DNA of 64,000 nucleotides from Psammoneis japonica (GCA_008632985.1 QPGO01000006.1:186001-250000), one strand, 5' to 3'. Numbered from the stretch's first letter, positions 47,700 to 60,329 are shown. Notes: generated by a model not told the origin, from the sequence alone. Translations and numbers: made by a program.

Positions 47700-48548
47700 A
47701 TGAAACGCCCCGGGGTGGACCAAGCCAAATTTCTTTTCTTGTATTTGCTCCGTTCGTCAGCAGCAGCGGCCTGGGCAACGGAAACTAAGGCCATGTATGG
47801 AGCTGCAAAGGTTGCCAACTCCTCCCCAATGGTCTCCAAGATAGTACAGGACGGGCATATTCAACTGAGGTTGGCTCGACGTACCGATGTTCCGTGGATC
47901 CAGCAGTGCAATCTAGCTACTCTGCCGGAAAATTATCATTCTCAATTCTACGTCAACCACTTGCGCCAGTGGCCTGATTTGGCAATCGTGGCGGAACATG
48001 TTCCTTCCAGGCAAAGGAGATTGTCGTATATGGATAGCTTTGATCCCAACAAGCCATCGCCCAACATTGTCGCCTACGTTTTGGGAAAGGTGGACCCCGT
48101 CGGGGAGGGAAAGCACAATGTGGGACACGTCACCTCTCTTGCAGTCTTACAAGAATACCGCCGACGGGGACTGGCTGCGAGTCTCATGGATCAGTTGCAT
48201 CATCACTTGGGTGCAAGGACGAATGCTTGTGGGTTGCATGTGCGCGTTTCCAACCAGGCCGCAACGAGATTGTACCGCAACGATGGTTATGAAGTAATCG
48301 ACGTCATAAACAACTACTACCAAGACGGCGAAGATGCGTACTACATGCTCAAGGTGTTGGCACAGCCTGAACCGGAGGAAGTGAAGGAGAGGCGTTGGTT
48401 GTCTCGTCGCCGTCAGGTCCGACCCTGGGAAGCGGGTCCGCTTCATTACAGATTGCCGCGAACCTTAGAACAACCGAATCAAGATGATGCCGCCCTCATA
48501 TACGACGAGGAGGAGGATGAACCTCAAATTATGACGGGAACCTTCTGA
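47700..48548 (+). CDS. GNAT acetyltransferase, NAA10/ARD1-like, with N-terminal extension
   Basis: CNLATLPENY, GHVTSLAV..YRRRGLAASLM, LHVRVSNQAATRLY, YYQDGEDAYYM. Confidence 0.85.
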   Translation: MKRPGVDQAKFLFLYLLRSSAAAAWATETKAMYGAAKVANSSPMVSKIVQDGHIQLRLARRTDVPWIQQCNLATLPENYHSQFYVNHLRQWPDLAIVAEHVPSRQRRLSYMDSFDPNKPSPNIVAYVLGKVDPVGEGKHNVGHVTSLAVLQEYRRRGLAASLMDQLHHHLGARTNACGLHVRVSNQAATRLYRNDGYEVIDVINNYYQDGEDAYYMLKVLAQPEPEEVKERRWLSRRRQVRPWEAGPLHYRLPRTLEQPNQDDAALIYDEEEDEPQIMTGTF

Positions 48549-49035
48549 GCTGCCCGTCACACGAAACAAGTCCGTTGGCTTTTGTATCACTGTATAAATC
48601 TTTTTAGTCCATTCAGTTTAGAGCACACAATTAAAAGAAAATGCAATAGAATAGTAAGCGGATCGCAGCGCCTTCGCGCGCAACCCTTAGCTGCTATCGT
48701 CAAGTGATGAACGGAAAGGTGCTACTGTTCCTTGAAGAACCAACGGAAGTAGAGTTGCCTCTGTCTCACGATATCCATCATTGAAAAGCATTTACTTTGT
48801 TGCTGCAGACAGTATGGGGCTCTTCCACGAACAAGCGCGAAAACAATTGGTGTTGTTAGATCTACTGTACTTGTCAAAGACACGGTTACAGTCATTATAC
48901 GTCCTTAGTGATACACTGTAGAACTATTCAGCGAAAGGTATATTTTGTTTTAAAAGCAATGTGAAAAAAGCTAGAGTTGCTGTATCTGCATTTCTAAGAC
49001 AATGCATTACAGCTATGTGAGTCCTTACTGACTGT

Positions 49036-49867
49036 TTAGACATATGGGAATCCATGTCCAGTAAGGACGGATTGGGTTACGACACCGGAGAAAGCCATCA
49101 TAGCCAAACGTCCGTTCTTAAGTTCCATCAACTTCCACCTGTTGACTTCTTCTTCTGATTTGCCGCTGAGGATGTTCAAAGGATCAAGTCCAAAGTCACC
49201 AGGCTCGCGTCCGGATCCCTGAAGCATTTGCGCAACCCCGATGTAGGAAACCATCTCGGCGAGTCCAATGAAGAGGGCGATGTTACCCATGGCGCCAAAT
49301 TCGACAAGGGGATCATGCGCTTCAGCCGAGCTCAAACCTACCCATGCTTCGGGTTGCGGGTAGATGTGGATACCAAGGTCCACAGCGACATAACCAGTCC
49401 ACGCCAACATGCAAATACGACTATGCTTCAGTTCGGCTTCACGGAGATAGTCCATGGGGAAATAGTCAGAAATGCGAAGAGGGTCGAAGCCAACGTCACC
49501 GACGTATCCCTTTAGGTTTGGTGGAGCGGGCAAGAAAGGAAGGGCCTGGCTCTTCTCAGCAGCGTTGAGAGAGGTCACCGACTTGGCTACAACCGACAGG
49601 AGAGAAACAACGTGAGATAAAAAAAAAACCTCGCGTTAGCGCAACATTAAAATTCTAAATCTCGCTTCCTTCTTTGCCTTTCGTTTTAGGCGATAATATG
49701 CAGTAGAACTGGGAGACAGGATCATGAATGCATGATCCATGATTAACTTTTCGAACAAAGATGATGCCGATCCGTCTCCTTAACACTGACAAAAACATAC
49801 CATTATTAGTAGCCGGGGCGAAAGCGGTGGCAGCGCCAACAAGGGATGCAACGATTGCGAGCTTCAT
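49036..49867 (-). CDS. Lhcr: Fucoxanthin-chlorophyll light-harvesting protein (Lhcr-type); intron 49587-49800
   Basis: MKLAIVASLVGAATAFAP bipartite signal; GDVGFDPL, LREAELKHSRICMLA, ELKNGRLAM; GT-AG intron in frame. Confidence 0.93.
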
Positions 49868-50444
49868 GGTCATCACGTTGCATAGACTTGATGAAAAAGT
49901 ACGCAGAAGCTGCTCCATAACCGAACGTGATCCCCGGTATGATTTCTACGGACAGCTACGACGTTGCATTCGCGGTTGAAGGAATTTCAAAAAAGATTTG
50001 TTCTCTGGCCGTCGTACGTACCGGTACTGCATTGATACTTTGAAGAATGTGAGGTCCCTTTGAATGTTCCTAAATCAGAGCTCGCATTCATCTTGAATGG
50101 AGTACAGTAGGCGCAGGCCCTACCGGTACTATCGAAGAAAGAAGATCCGTTGATGCGTTGCGATGTTTTTAAAATATTTATGTTGTAGTAAGGTACTGTA
50201 CTGGAACATAATATTGCGCACTCATACTCGTATGGTACAAAGTATTTTTAAATATAATCATCCGTTGAACGTCCTCAAGGTCGCCACAGTCCTAAGTAAC
50301 TTAACGGTTGAATTCGCTCGCGGCGAGCTCACATTTTACTGGATTGTCTCTCAAAAGAGCGAGCCAGTTTTGGTCCGCAAATGACACTGAATTGAAGTAA
50401 ATAGGGCCCTACTGTCTTAAGAAAAAGAGCTTTTCGTTGCAGCC

Positions 50445-51997
50445 ATGTTTTCCTCTCGCTCGCATCATGGCAACGACGACGACGATGGACGCATGGAGTC
50501 ATCACCACGCAGAAAGAGGAGCTTCATAAAAAAGATCGCATGCAAGAGTCATGCGGACGACGAAGAAGAAAGAGATGACGCTGGCGGTCTTGAATCGTCT
50601 TGGCTGGTGGGCTCGAACAGGAGTGAAGAAATGGAGGAGAGACGTGTAGAAGGCAGCACAAGGTGGAAGATGTTTGAAAAGGACGAGGGACAGAAAAAGG
50701 TGATTTATCATTCTTTTGGTGATGATCCCATGGATTTGCTGACGGTAGAAGAGACGGAAGAATACCCCCAGCCAGAAAACAACACTGATGTCATCATAAA
50801 AGTTCAGGTAAGACTACATGTCTTGTAGCTTGTAGAAGTCCTTTTCACTTTTGGTGATGGTCTGACACTTGAGACGCGGAAATTCACCTTCTACTTCTAT
50901 AGGCTTCAACGGTCTCTCTGAACGATTGTATCTTCCGTCGTGGATTGTACCTAGAAATGATGAATCCCATTTCATTCCCGTGTACTCCTGGTGTGGATGT
51001 CGTAGGAACAATAGTGTCAATCGGTGATCGAGTCGAATCTGACTACGGGTTTGTTGTCGGTGATCGTGTTGCGGCGCTGATTCGCACAGGGGGCAACGCT
51101 AGATATGCAAACGTTCCGGGTGCCTCTCTTGTGAAGGTGCCAAAATCGGTGTCAGGAGAAAATGCAGTTTGCATGGTATCCAATTATATGACTGCCTTCC
51201 AGGCCTGTCAGTTGGTCTGTCCCGAAGATTCATCACTGAGTGGCAAGAAGGTATTGGTAATCGGAGGGACGGGTCCGCTTGGTCAGGCGCTCATTCAGTT
51301 AGCACGAAGGGCAGGAGCCAAAAAGATATATGCTACTGTACCTTCTAACCGTCATACATATGTACGAATGCGTTTGGGTGCTGCTCCTCTTCCTTTGGAG
51401 CCATGCGAGTGGCTTCCTCTTGTTGAAGGTAGTATGGACGTGGTATTTGACAGTGCATGTCAAGACGGATACAAATCGCCTCAGGCTGCACTGAACGAAG
51501 ACGGCACGCTTGTCACTGTCGGGATGTACTCTTTGCTTCAGTCTGAGTCGGTCGGTAATTTTGGTGCTCCTATCTCGGTTAAATGGACAAAGTCGAAGGC
51601 AAATTACTTCATGAGCCAAACCAAATCCTATGACTTATGGGGAAGCTTCTACACTGACCCAGATCGCTTCAAGGTAAGCACAACTAAAGCAGCTTTCCTG
51701 GTAGCTCTTTGTACATACATTATCATCATGACAAGCTCAAACAAAGTTTATTTCCTGTTTGCCACTTTTCAGAGGGATCTGGAGGCTCTCTTCATCATGT
51801 TGAAGAAGAAAGAGGTCAAACCTCACATCATCAAGCGCGTCGGACTGGGCCAGGTTGCTCGTGCGCAAGAATATATTGAGAATGGGAAGGCATCGGGGGG
51901 GATCGTGTGCCTTCCCTGGAGAAGGTTGCCAAAGAACAAAGGAACAGAAGATGACGCCACTACCTCGACGGATGCCAGAAGTTGGTATAGCTTGTAG
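50445..51997 (+). CDS. MDR-family (quinone oxidoreductase / zinc-ADH-like) protein; introns 50808-50902 and 51674-51772
   Basis: TPGVDVVG, VGDRVAAL..GGNARY, VLVIGGTGPLGQALIQLA; GT-AG introns keep the frame. Confidence 0.85.
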
Positions 51998-52271
51998 AGT
52001 TTCTCGCGGGATTTCCTTCTGGGTGTAGTAGCAGTGGTTGAATTCATAATGGTAGTAAAGGAAAGACGTATTTTCAGTTATTCATTACTTATGGTTTGTC
52101 TTAATTAGTACCTGGCTTTAGAATGGCTAGCTTCAATGTTTGACCAATACGAACTACCAAGTAAGAGGTTATTTACTCTCTTCATTCATCTAAGTCTTTG
52201 TGATACCCATGCCACTGCCCCCGTTCGAAACACGAACTACGTCGTGCATCACTGGTAGTTCAAGACTCGCG

Positions 52272-53880
52272 TTACTTGAGCATTCCTTCTAATGCCTCAG
52301 CTGTGTCTGTTCGCTTCTCTAATTCCTCCAGTGCGTCATCCAGCAGTTGAAATACTTCTCTTGCCGTGGCTCTATCACTTGGCTTCTCTCTCAGACACAT
52401 TTGGACCGCCTTCTTGTATTTTTCAACAGTTGGATCAGTGCAGGTATCCAATCTTGGTGGAACAACGGGAGCGATCCATTTTCCGTCTGGCATCTTCTTC
52501 TCTTTTTCCCTGTATCGGAAGTCTTCAATGTTGAATGTGTATGGCTTATAGCCTGCAAGGATGAAGCAAAAAAGTAAATGTTAAGGAGATTTCGTTGACC
52601 AGCTTTCATTGACATAGCTAACAACAAGATGTATTTCGAGGGTAATCGTTCGAAGCACCGCCATTTCCCTTACCTGTCATGAAGTAAAACAGCATCCCGC
52701 CAAGATGGTAGACATCTGTTTTGTCTGTTTGGGGTTCTTCCAGACACTCTTCTGGTGCCGCAAATCGATCGTGCCAGTAGGAAAACTGAGGGCGGTATCC
52801 ACACATCTCATTTCTTTCCTTGTTCCACCCCAAAAAGTACCCCTGGTTGAAGTCGCTCAAAGTGAGTTTACCTGTATCGTATGAAAACATTACATTTGAA
52901 TGTCGCAAATCGGCGTGAACAAGCAGAGGCTTGTTATCTCCTTCAATGCCGTGAGCGTCAGCCATGCCCGCAGCAAGATCACGAGAATAACGCAGTCGCT
53001 GAGCAATTGTAAGGCCCCACTCAAGCTCTAATTCTTTTCCGAGCTCATTCATCGCGGAATAGCCACAAAACCCATAGATGTTGTTCACGTATTTGGAAGA
53101 TGTAAGCCGTTCCGATATGATAGCATCCAGAATTTGGAAATGATAAGTCAATCCGTTGAACTCTCTGTTTAGCTGAAGCGTTTTGAGAACGACCGACTCG
53201 CCCTTCTTTTTAAGTTTCCAGGCATCTCTTGACGTGCCTATTCCCAACAACGCCAAGGATGTCCCATCGAGGGTGCCTTCTTTTTCAAACTGCATTTGAG
53301 TTTCGTGGAAAGCATTGCAAGTTGGATAATGCCGTGTCTGCCATTCAGCGGCAGGGACGCACTCGTTTGTGCCGTCCCGGTTGTCCAAAGTTCTGGGGTT
53401 CCGTAGGACTCCACCTTCTACCGTTCGTTGTCCATGGGGGTCGTATCCTACCTCTCTAGTTCCTTGCCAAACATCATCTACACGTCTTCCCATTACTGAA
53501 CTGAAGTATTCTTGATCAGACCCAAGGAACATTACTCGAGGAGGGATTGCGTTCTGTTTTCCTACTCGCAGATTAGGAGTCTCGAACTCTTTTATTGAGT
53601 TCGGTTCGTCATCGGCTTCAGTTGAAGAATCGTTGAAAGAAGTGATTTGGTCGCCATCAAACAAACTTTGGGGGGTTGAAGGTAATTTACGGGATATCAG
53701 AGGCATTATTGACGTAATGTTGAGTAGTACGCCGATTGATTCAGCAAATATCGCGAGAATAAGAATAGGAACGACAGAACGCCTGAGCCGCTTTCTTGAC
53801 AATAAGGCGTCGCCTGTTGGCGTTGTCGGCCTGCGATTCTCCCCAAGAAAATTGGATCGTTGTCTCATTGTCGACGCCAT
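52272..53880 (-). CDS. Membrane-anchored protein kinase (HADL/DFN subfamily); intron 52553-52673
   Basis: TM VVPILILAIFAESIGVLL; LGIGTSRDAW, VVLKT, VHADLRHSN, SDFNQG, AAPEE, KTDVYHLGG. Confidence 0.85.
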
Positions 53881-55017
53881 TATCAACGCATTGACTTTTC
53901 ACCTCTTGGTGTTGCCAAATGTGCAGGTTGGTGCCGCTGTTGTGGACTTGGAGGTCAAAAACTGGAAGTCGCTTTCCCCTCATGTGACGCCAAATGATGA
54001 AAGGAAACGCGAACTTCAAAATAATTCGAAAATGTTGATTTATGTTATTAATGATTTATGCTGCGACATTTAACAATTCCATTACCGCTTTTTCATTAGT
54101 ATCAATCAAAATGAACTTTCCGAATGTCTTTAGAAATGTCTGCCTTTAAATGAAGAATTGATTCAGACCTACAACAACTATTATTTGATTATTTAGGTCA
54201 CAGAATCGCACACAATTCCAGTGCGGAGACGGCATCAACGCGAAAAAATCTCCAAGACCGGAAGAGAATGAAAGCGAGATAGTCACCGACCTTCGCAATA
54301 CCTGTGCCGACGGTTATCAATTGTAACATATGACACCCATTGTGACTTTGAACTCCACACCATGAAGACTGCTAGAAGTACTGTTACCGGCACCTACGGT
54401 CGCTAGACACAGTGCGAGTAGTAATGGCGTAAGGAACGAACAAACATCCACCGATGGATCAAGAATCTGATAGATACAGGCGCATCAGGAAAGCAAAAAA
54501 TTTCAACTTTGCTACAACAACGTTTCAACTGCCAAAAGCATCTTCGTCATCCTCTATGTGTGTCGCATGCCGCTCTAGTCTGTATGCCTGGAGCATACAC
54601 GTGCAGATTGACTCTTTAGTCCAACGCATATAGTCGCGGCCGCTTCTTATCTTAGAGGTGAGGGGTGAGGAGTCTGTTCAGCTGCTCACTGCTACCGGCA
54701 TCAGTCGAAGTCGAAGTCGATCAAATCGACGAGAGGCGGTCGCCATGAATGACCAAATGACCGAAAAATTAAGAATAATTACTCTAATACCTTAATAAAT
54801 CTATATGTTTTCATATCGTGAGAATGACCCTTCAAAACAACCGAAAAATCGAAAAAACATTATGGGGCTATGATGCACACTAAAAAAAGCGCCGCAGAAC
54901 AAGCAAGAAGTGTTGTTGACGGCAGATTTAAACGGCTTGTAACCTACAAATCACCTCTGTAGAGGAAACGCATATCATCTTGTTGACTCGTAGGTCCGCC
55001 TGTCAGAAAACGAAACA

Positions 55018-56532
55018 ATGAGAGTACCACTGAAGGACATGATGTTCGGCTCTCTACTCATCGCGCTCACGATGGAAGCAATTGGCATTGCGTTTCTGAA
55101 TGCTGTCGAGCCTTACACTCAAGGTTACAGTGATATTGGTTCAAGTCTTTCAAGCTTCATATCGGTAGACTCTGACCCAGGTGATAATGAATCCAGCAGA
55201 CGGGTTGTTTTTCTTTCTGTGCCAGAACACAACCAGCAACACTTTTACGCGAGAATCGGCCGCCAGTTGGTCCTTAGTGTTGACGACGAGAATCATCGAC
55301 TTGACACCAATATCTCGTATTACGAAACGGAACATGTAGATACATTACGAAATCCTGTCACTCTGGACGGTCTTGACGGTGGAGATGGACTGTGCGAACC
55401 TGCCGCCGATTGGCAAACTCGGCATTTTCCAACATGCAATTCTTTTCATGAGCTGGACATGCGTTTCAGAAACAGCAAAAGACGCCCAGATGGCGCAGTG
55501 ACAAAACTTTTTGGAGTTGGGACATCAAGAGATGCCTGGAGAGTCAAAATGATGCATACCGACCATTCTCATAACAATAAAACGAAATCCCGACAGGTAA
55601 AGATGAACGGCGTGATTCTCAAGACACTTCAAATGAGACGCGACTTTTCACCCTTGTCATACCATTTTCAAGTGTTGGATGCCATTGCATCGGAGCGGCT
55701 ATCCTCTTCACCATATACAACCGATATTTATGGCTTTTGTGGCTTTTCAGTGTTGAACGAGCCTGGGGAACAATTGGATTTGGAAGAGAGCCAAACTAGA
55801 ATTGAGCGCTTACAGTATGCGTGCAACCTTGCAGCGGCATTGGCAGATGCTCATGAAGGCTCTTCGGCCTATTCTTCCAAACAAAAGAATGGCATAAAAT
55901 ATGCGAAGCTTGTACATGCCGACTTGAGGCACAGTAACGTCTTGATTTCTCTCGACCAACCGAAAACTCTAAAGCTGTCAGACTTCAATCAGGGCTATTT
56001 TTTGGGATGGAACAAGAAGGCACAAGAACCTTGTGGATACCGCCCTCAGTTTTCCTTTTGGCATGATCGGTTCGCTGCACCTGAAGAATGCATGGGAAGA
56101 GTGCAAACGGAAAAGACCGACGTCTACCATCTAGGCGGCATGATCTTCTATTTCTTGACAGGTAACGATACCCCGAAACACACCGGTGTTACAGTAGCCA
56201 GGAACTATAATCTCGTCATTGACTACGTCAATGAAATTGGTCAAAGCAATCTCCTCAACACTTTTTCTTGATTTATTCCGACAGGCTACAAACCGTACAC
56301 GTTCAATTTAAACGACTTTCACAACAAGGAACAAATATGGAAAGCAAAGACGAAATGGAAAGTGCCCATCCTACCAAAGCGATTGGAGGAAGCAGTTCAT
56401 CCCGCCAACATTGTCATGAAAAAGGCGATGAGATTATGTATGACATTCAATGCCAACAAGAGACCAACAGCGAGAGAAGTCTTTTACATGCTAAACGAAA
56501 CGTACGCAGAAATAGAGGATTGGGAAGAATGA
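55018..56532 (+). CDS. Membrane-anchored protein kinase (HADL/DFN subfamily); intron 56162-56284
   Basis: Same motifs and same intron position as 52272..53880; exon 2 YKPYTFN...KRPTAREVF, stop at 56530-56532. Confidence 0.85.
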
Positions 56533-57096
56533 ATGTTTGAATAGCTGCCGGGGGGGGGGGCGAGATTTCATCTTAGGCCAAGTACTGTAAGTTCTCGTGC
56601 ACGCTCATGGAACCGAATGTTCCATCTTTGTGTGGAAACTAACTTCGCCGCCTTATACCGGTATGGCCCAATCTTTCTGTGTCGTTTCATTAGTCTAATA
56701 GAAGAAGTATTGGAACAAAGATTTGTGAGCGGCGCGGCCTGCCCATCCACCTGTCACATGCGTTTTCGGCAGAAATGTCCGTCGTGTGGAATGACTATGA
56801 CTTTTTCGTCAAGGAAATGACTGCGATAAAAAGTTCCGAGTGAAGGAAACAAAACATCGAAATGCGCAACCCTGCTGTTGTCGCCATGATAAACACACAC
56901 CACACCCAAACAATGCCATCACTGTGAAGTCAAAAAGTCCAATTGCATAACATCCAATAGTCTGTCCTAGTAAGGTCATCAGAGCGCTTCAAAGTTGTCG
57001 TACATAGCACATACTTCGTCTCTCGTTTATCGCACGAAGTTGCTCCTTTCTTATCCTACAAGTACTTGAAGCATACGCAAATTAGAAGCACAAATC

Positions 57097-58893
57097 ATGG
57101 CGGAAACCAATGGGAACCACCGCCCAAGAACATGGTCGGCTCCAACAAGTAGAACATGGTTGGAGCGACAGTCCCTACTGCCAGTTATTGTGGCCTATGT
57201 TTTATTCGAGATAGGGGGCACGAAATGCAACTGGAGAGCCTTACAAACGTTGCTACGTTACCGACTCATGCGAGACACTGTTCAGACAAGACCAACAGTC
57301 GCGTTTTATGATTCAAATGCAGCAGAGTCGTTTCTGGTGAGAAACGATTCTTTTAAGCCACGATCTATCATTGACATGTGGTTGGGGAACCACGATGAAC
57401 GCCACGCGTCCTACAAGGAAAAAGGGATCTTGACTCACCCAATGACGAGGGACGGCCAAGACGGAAGAGACATTTGTGAACCAGCTGCTGATTGGCAGTC
57501 ATGGATCTTTCCAACGTGCAACAAACTTCATGAAGTCGGATTCCAGCTCATCGACGAGGATATTGACATCCCATCCATAGCAGACGAAGAAGAAATATAC
57601 AGGATAGTGAAAGAGGAGCTGGAGAAAGAGGAGCTGAAGAAAGAGGATGAGGAGGAAGGGTCAAGCAAAGGTGATCTGACTTTAGAAGCACTATCAAGCC
57701 AAGAGAATCAGGCACTACCGCTTCTGAACGAAGAACAGCAAAGCCGTCGACGCCTTAATGGGTACGAAGAAGAGGTTGACGGCGAAGCGTTCGAGTCGGA
57801 TGAAGGCAACGACTCCATTTTTGACGTTATTGATAACTATGCACCAATCATGACGTTGTTGGGCACTGGAACCTCACGTGATGCATGGAAAGTGGATTTT
57901 GAGTTACCAGAAAATGAACAAGAATCGGTCGTGTTGAAAACGTTTCACTATGATCGACCTTTCTCCCCGAAGTCCTTCCATCACCAGCGACTCGATGCGA
58001 TTGTCTCAGAACGGCTTACGTTTTCTCCTTATGTGGCTGACATATATGGCTACTGTGCTCTCTCGGTGTTGAATGAACTTGGACAGCATGTGGATATTGT
58101 ACCAACGCACCGAGCTATGGACCGCCTGCGATTCTCGAGAGACTTGGCTGCTGGTCTAAGAGATGCACATCATGGTCTTGACAACGGGAGAAACAAGAAG
58201 CGCAATCAGTTCGATGCTTTGCATCATGATGATGTCGAGTTTGTCCAAGATAATGCAGCCATGGTAGTGCACGCTGATTTGCGCCAGAACAATGCCTTCT
58301 TGTCTCTCGAAACGGGGAAAATGAAGCTCTCCGATTTCAATCAAGGTGTATTTCTCGGTCGCAATAAAATCAACGATGAGCCTTGTGGTTACCTCCCAGA
58401 ATTTTCGTATTGGCATGATCGACTGGCAGCTCCTGAAGAATGCATGGGTACGGTTCAGGATGAAAAAACCGATGTGTACCACTTGGGTGGTATGATATGG
58501 TACTTCATGACTGGGTTCAAGGTAAGCAGCCCGCAGGAGGTTTTTCATGTATTCATTATTGAAATTTACTTCTTCGTCGCTTAGTCTCACCCTCCCTTTC
58601 TCCAGCCATATCACGAGAATAGGCATGATTTGGAAGAAAGAATTGAGAAAAAGGATGCTTCAAAAGTCAATAAAAATACTTGGGCCTTGCCGCAGCTGCC
58701 CCCGCAGTTTGCCCAAAGTCGGATTCCCAGTATAGTCGCCATGAAGAACGCAGTGACGGCTTGTCTGAAATTCGACCCGAAGGAAAGGGCAAGCGCTAAC
58801 GACATTTTCTTCATGCTAGATAACGCACTGTCGATGCTGGAGAAAAGGGCGAAACAGCAACATGCACCGCGACATTTGCAACCCCAAGGCTGA
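57097..58893 (+). CDS. Membrane-anchored protein kinase (HADL/DFN subfamily, kinase B) with acidic insert; intron 58522-58605
   Basis: LGTGTSRDAW, VVLKT, VHADLRQNN, SDFNQG, KTDVYHLGG; exon 2 DPKERASA. Confidence 0.85.
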
Positions 58894-58959
58894 GACCATG
58901 TCATCACCTGCTGTAACTTAGATGGCCCTTACTCTAGAGAGTGCTGCAACAAAACTGTC

Positions 58960-59475
58960 GAAAGACATTTAGTGCATGGCATGCTTTTCTCCCTTCGTCC
59001 ATGTTGAGACATCGTATTCCCCATCCCCCGCACTCCAAACCACATGTAAAGTTGGCTCTTGCTGATGCTCAAGTCTACCTTAATTATAGAGTTGAGCAAG
59101 CAAACAGGTTCAATTTGGGTATCCTCAAGTCATTGTTTCCATGGCGTTGCCAGAAGCAAGTTGTCAGTTGATGGCATTCAATTTCCTTGACAGCACAGGA
59201 TTTTTCATTGACGACCAAACATTGGGGGGCATTGAGGCCAGGAGCAATGCCAGGGATGAAAACCACTCCTCCAATGATGGCCTGTTGATGCCACCTTGCA
59301 CGGGGGTGGAATGACAAGTGCCCACTGTTCGCAGTTGCCAGCACACCTGTTTTGCATCATCTGTCTGACCTGGCTGCACACACCATGTCTTGTCACAGCA
59401 TCCAAGTGCTCCAAAATCACACTGTCAAAATCTAGATCATCATCAATGAGGTGATGTCACAACATTGTGTGGCCC
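58960..59475 (-). pseudogene. Decayed copy of the GH99 domain of 34390..38433
   Basis: Reverse complement aligns with about 37860-38430 (gaggatacccaaattgaacctg, ggaaattgaatgcca, tttcatccctggc); stops and frameshifts. Confidence 0.9.
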
Positions 59476-60329
59476 ATGATGAGCAATGCTGGCTTGCATG
59501 GCCACTGCCATTGCCATGGAGAGAGATGGTGTGCTGATTGAAGAATCTTTCTTTTGCAAGTGTGTGACGTGTCATCTGTTGTTTCTTTGAAGTTTGACCC
59601 ACAGCCAGTCCTGCAAAAAAAGGCAGCCTCTCAGCAATCTTAAATGTCCTTGTTTGCAGCAGGATTGCCCCTTCCCAAGTGCTGCTCTCATCTGTTTGTC
59701 ATGTGCTTGCCCCACCAATTTGTTGCCCCTGGCTTCATGTTGTTTGCTTGTCCTCAGCTCTGCTCGAAACACTGCTCAGCCACATTGCTGCAATGACTGC
59801 TGTGGCAAGCACTTCTTTTTTGTGAGAAAAGCTCCTCTCAGCAGTGGAAATTGTCTGTGTGTGACCAACCACATGTGTGCAATGCTTCAGATGAAAATGA
59901 GAGCAGCTTCAAGGTGCTTGCAAAAAGACCATTTCTTTGGCAATGTGGTGTTTTTCGTCCCAGGTGCTGGAGATTGTGTGCCCCATGCTGATGGGGGGGT
60001 GCAGCTGGTGTTGGGGGGGGGGGGGCAATGCTGTGTGCATCCATCTGGCAACCCCTGTCATTGCTCTTCAACTGAGCTGAGTTTTTGGCTCTGCGTTGCT
60101 GGAGAAAAAATGTTTTCAGGCACAGGCCAGCAAGCAACCTCAGTCATCAACACAGTGCAACATGCACTTCTTCCTTTTCTCCCTTCTCTTTCTTTCTTTT
60201 CCCATTTTTTCTCTTCTCAACTCCAAAATCTTTTGTGACACATCAGAGGGGTCCAAAGCTCTTCGTTTTTTTCTTCTTCCTCTTCTTTGCAATTGTGCTG
60301 GGAAGAAAAGTTGATTTCGCAGGTTGTGA

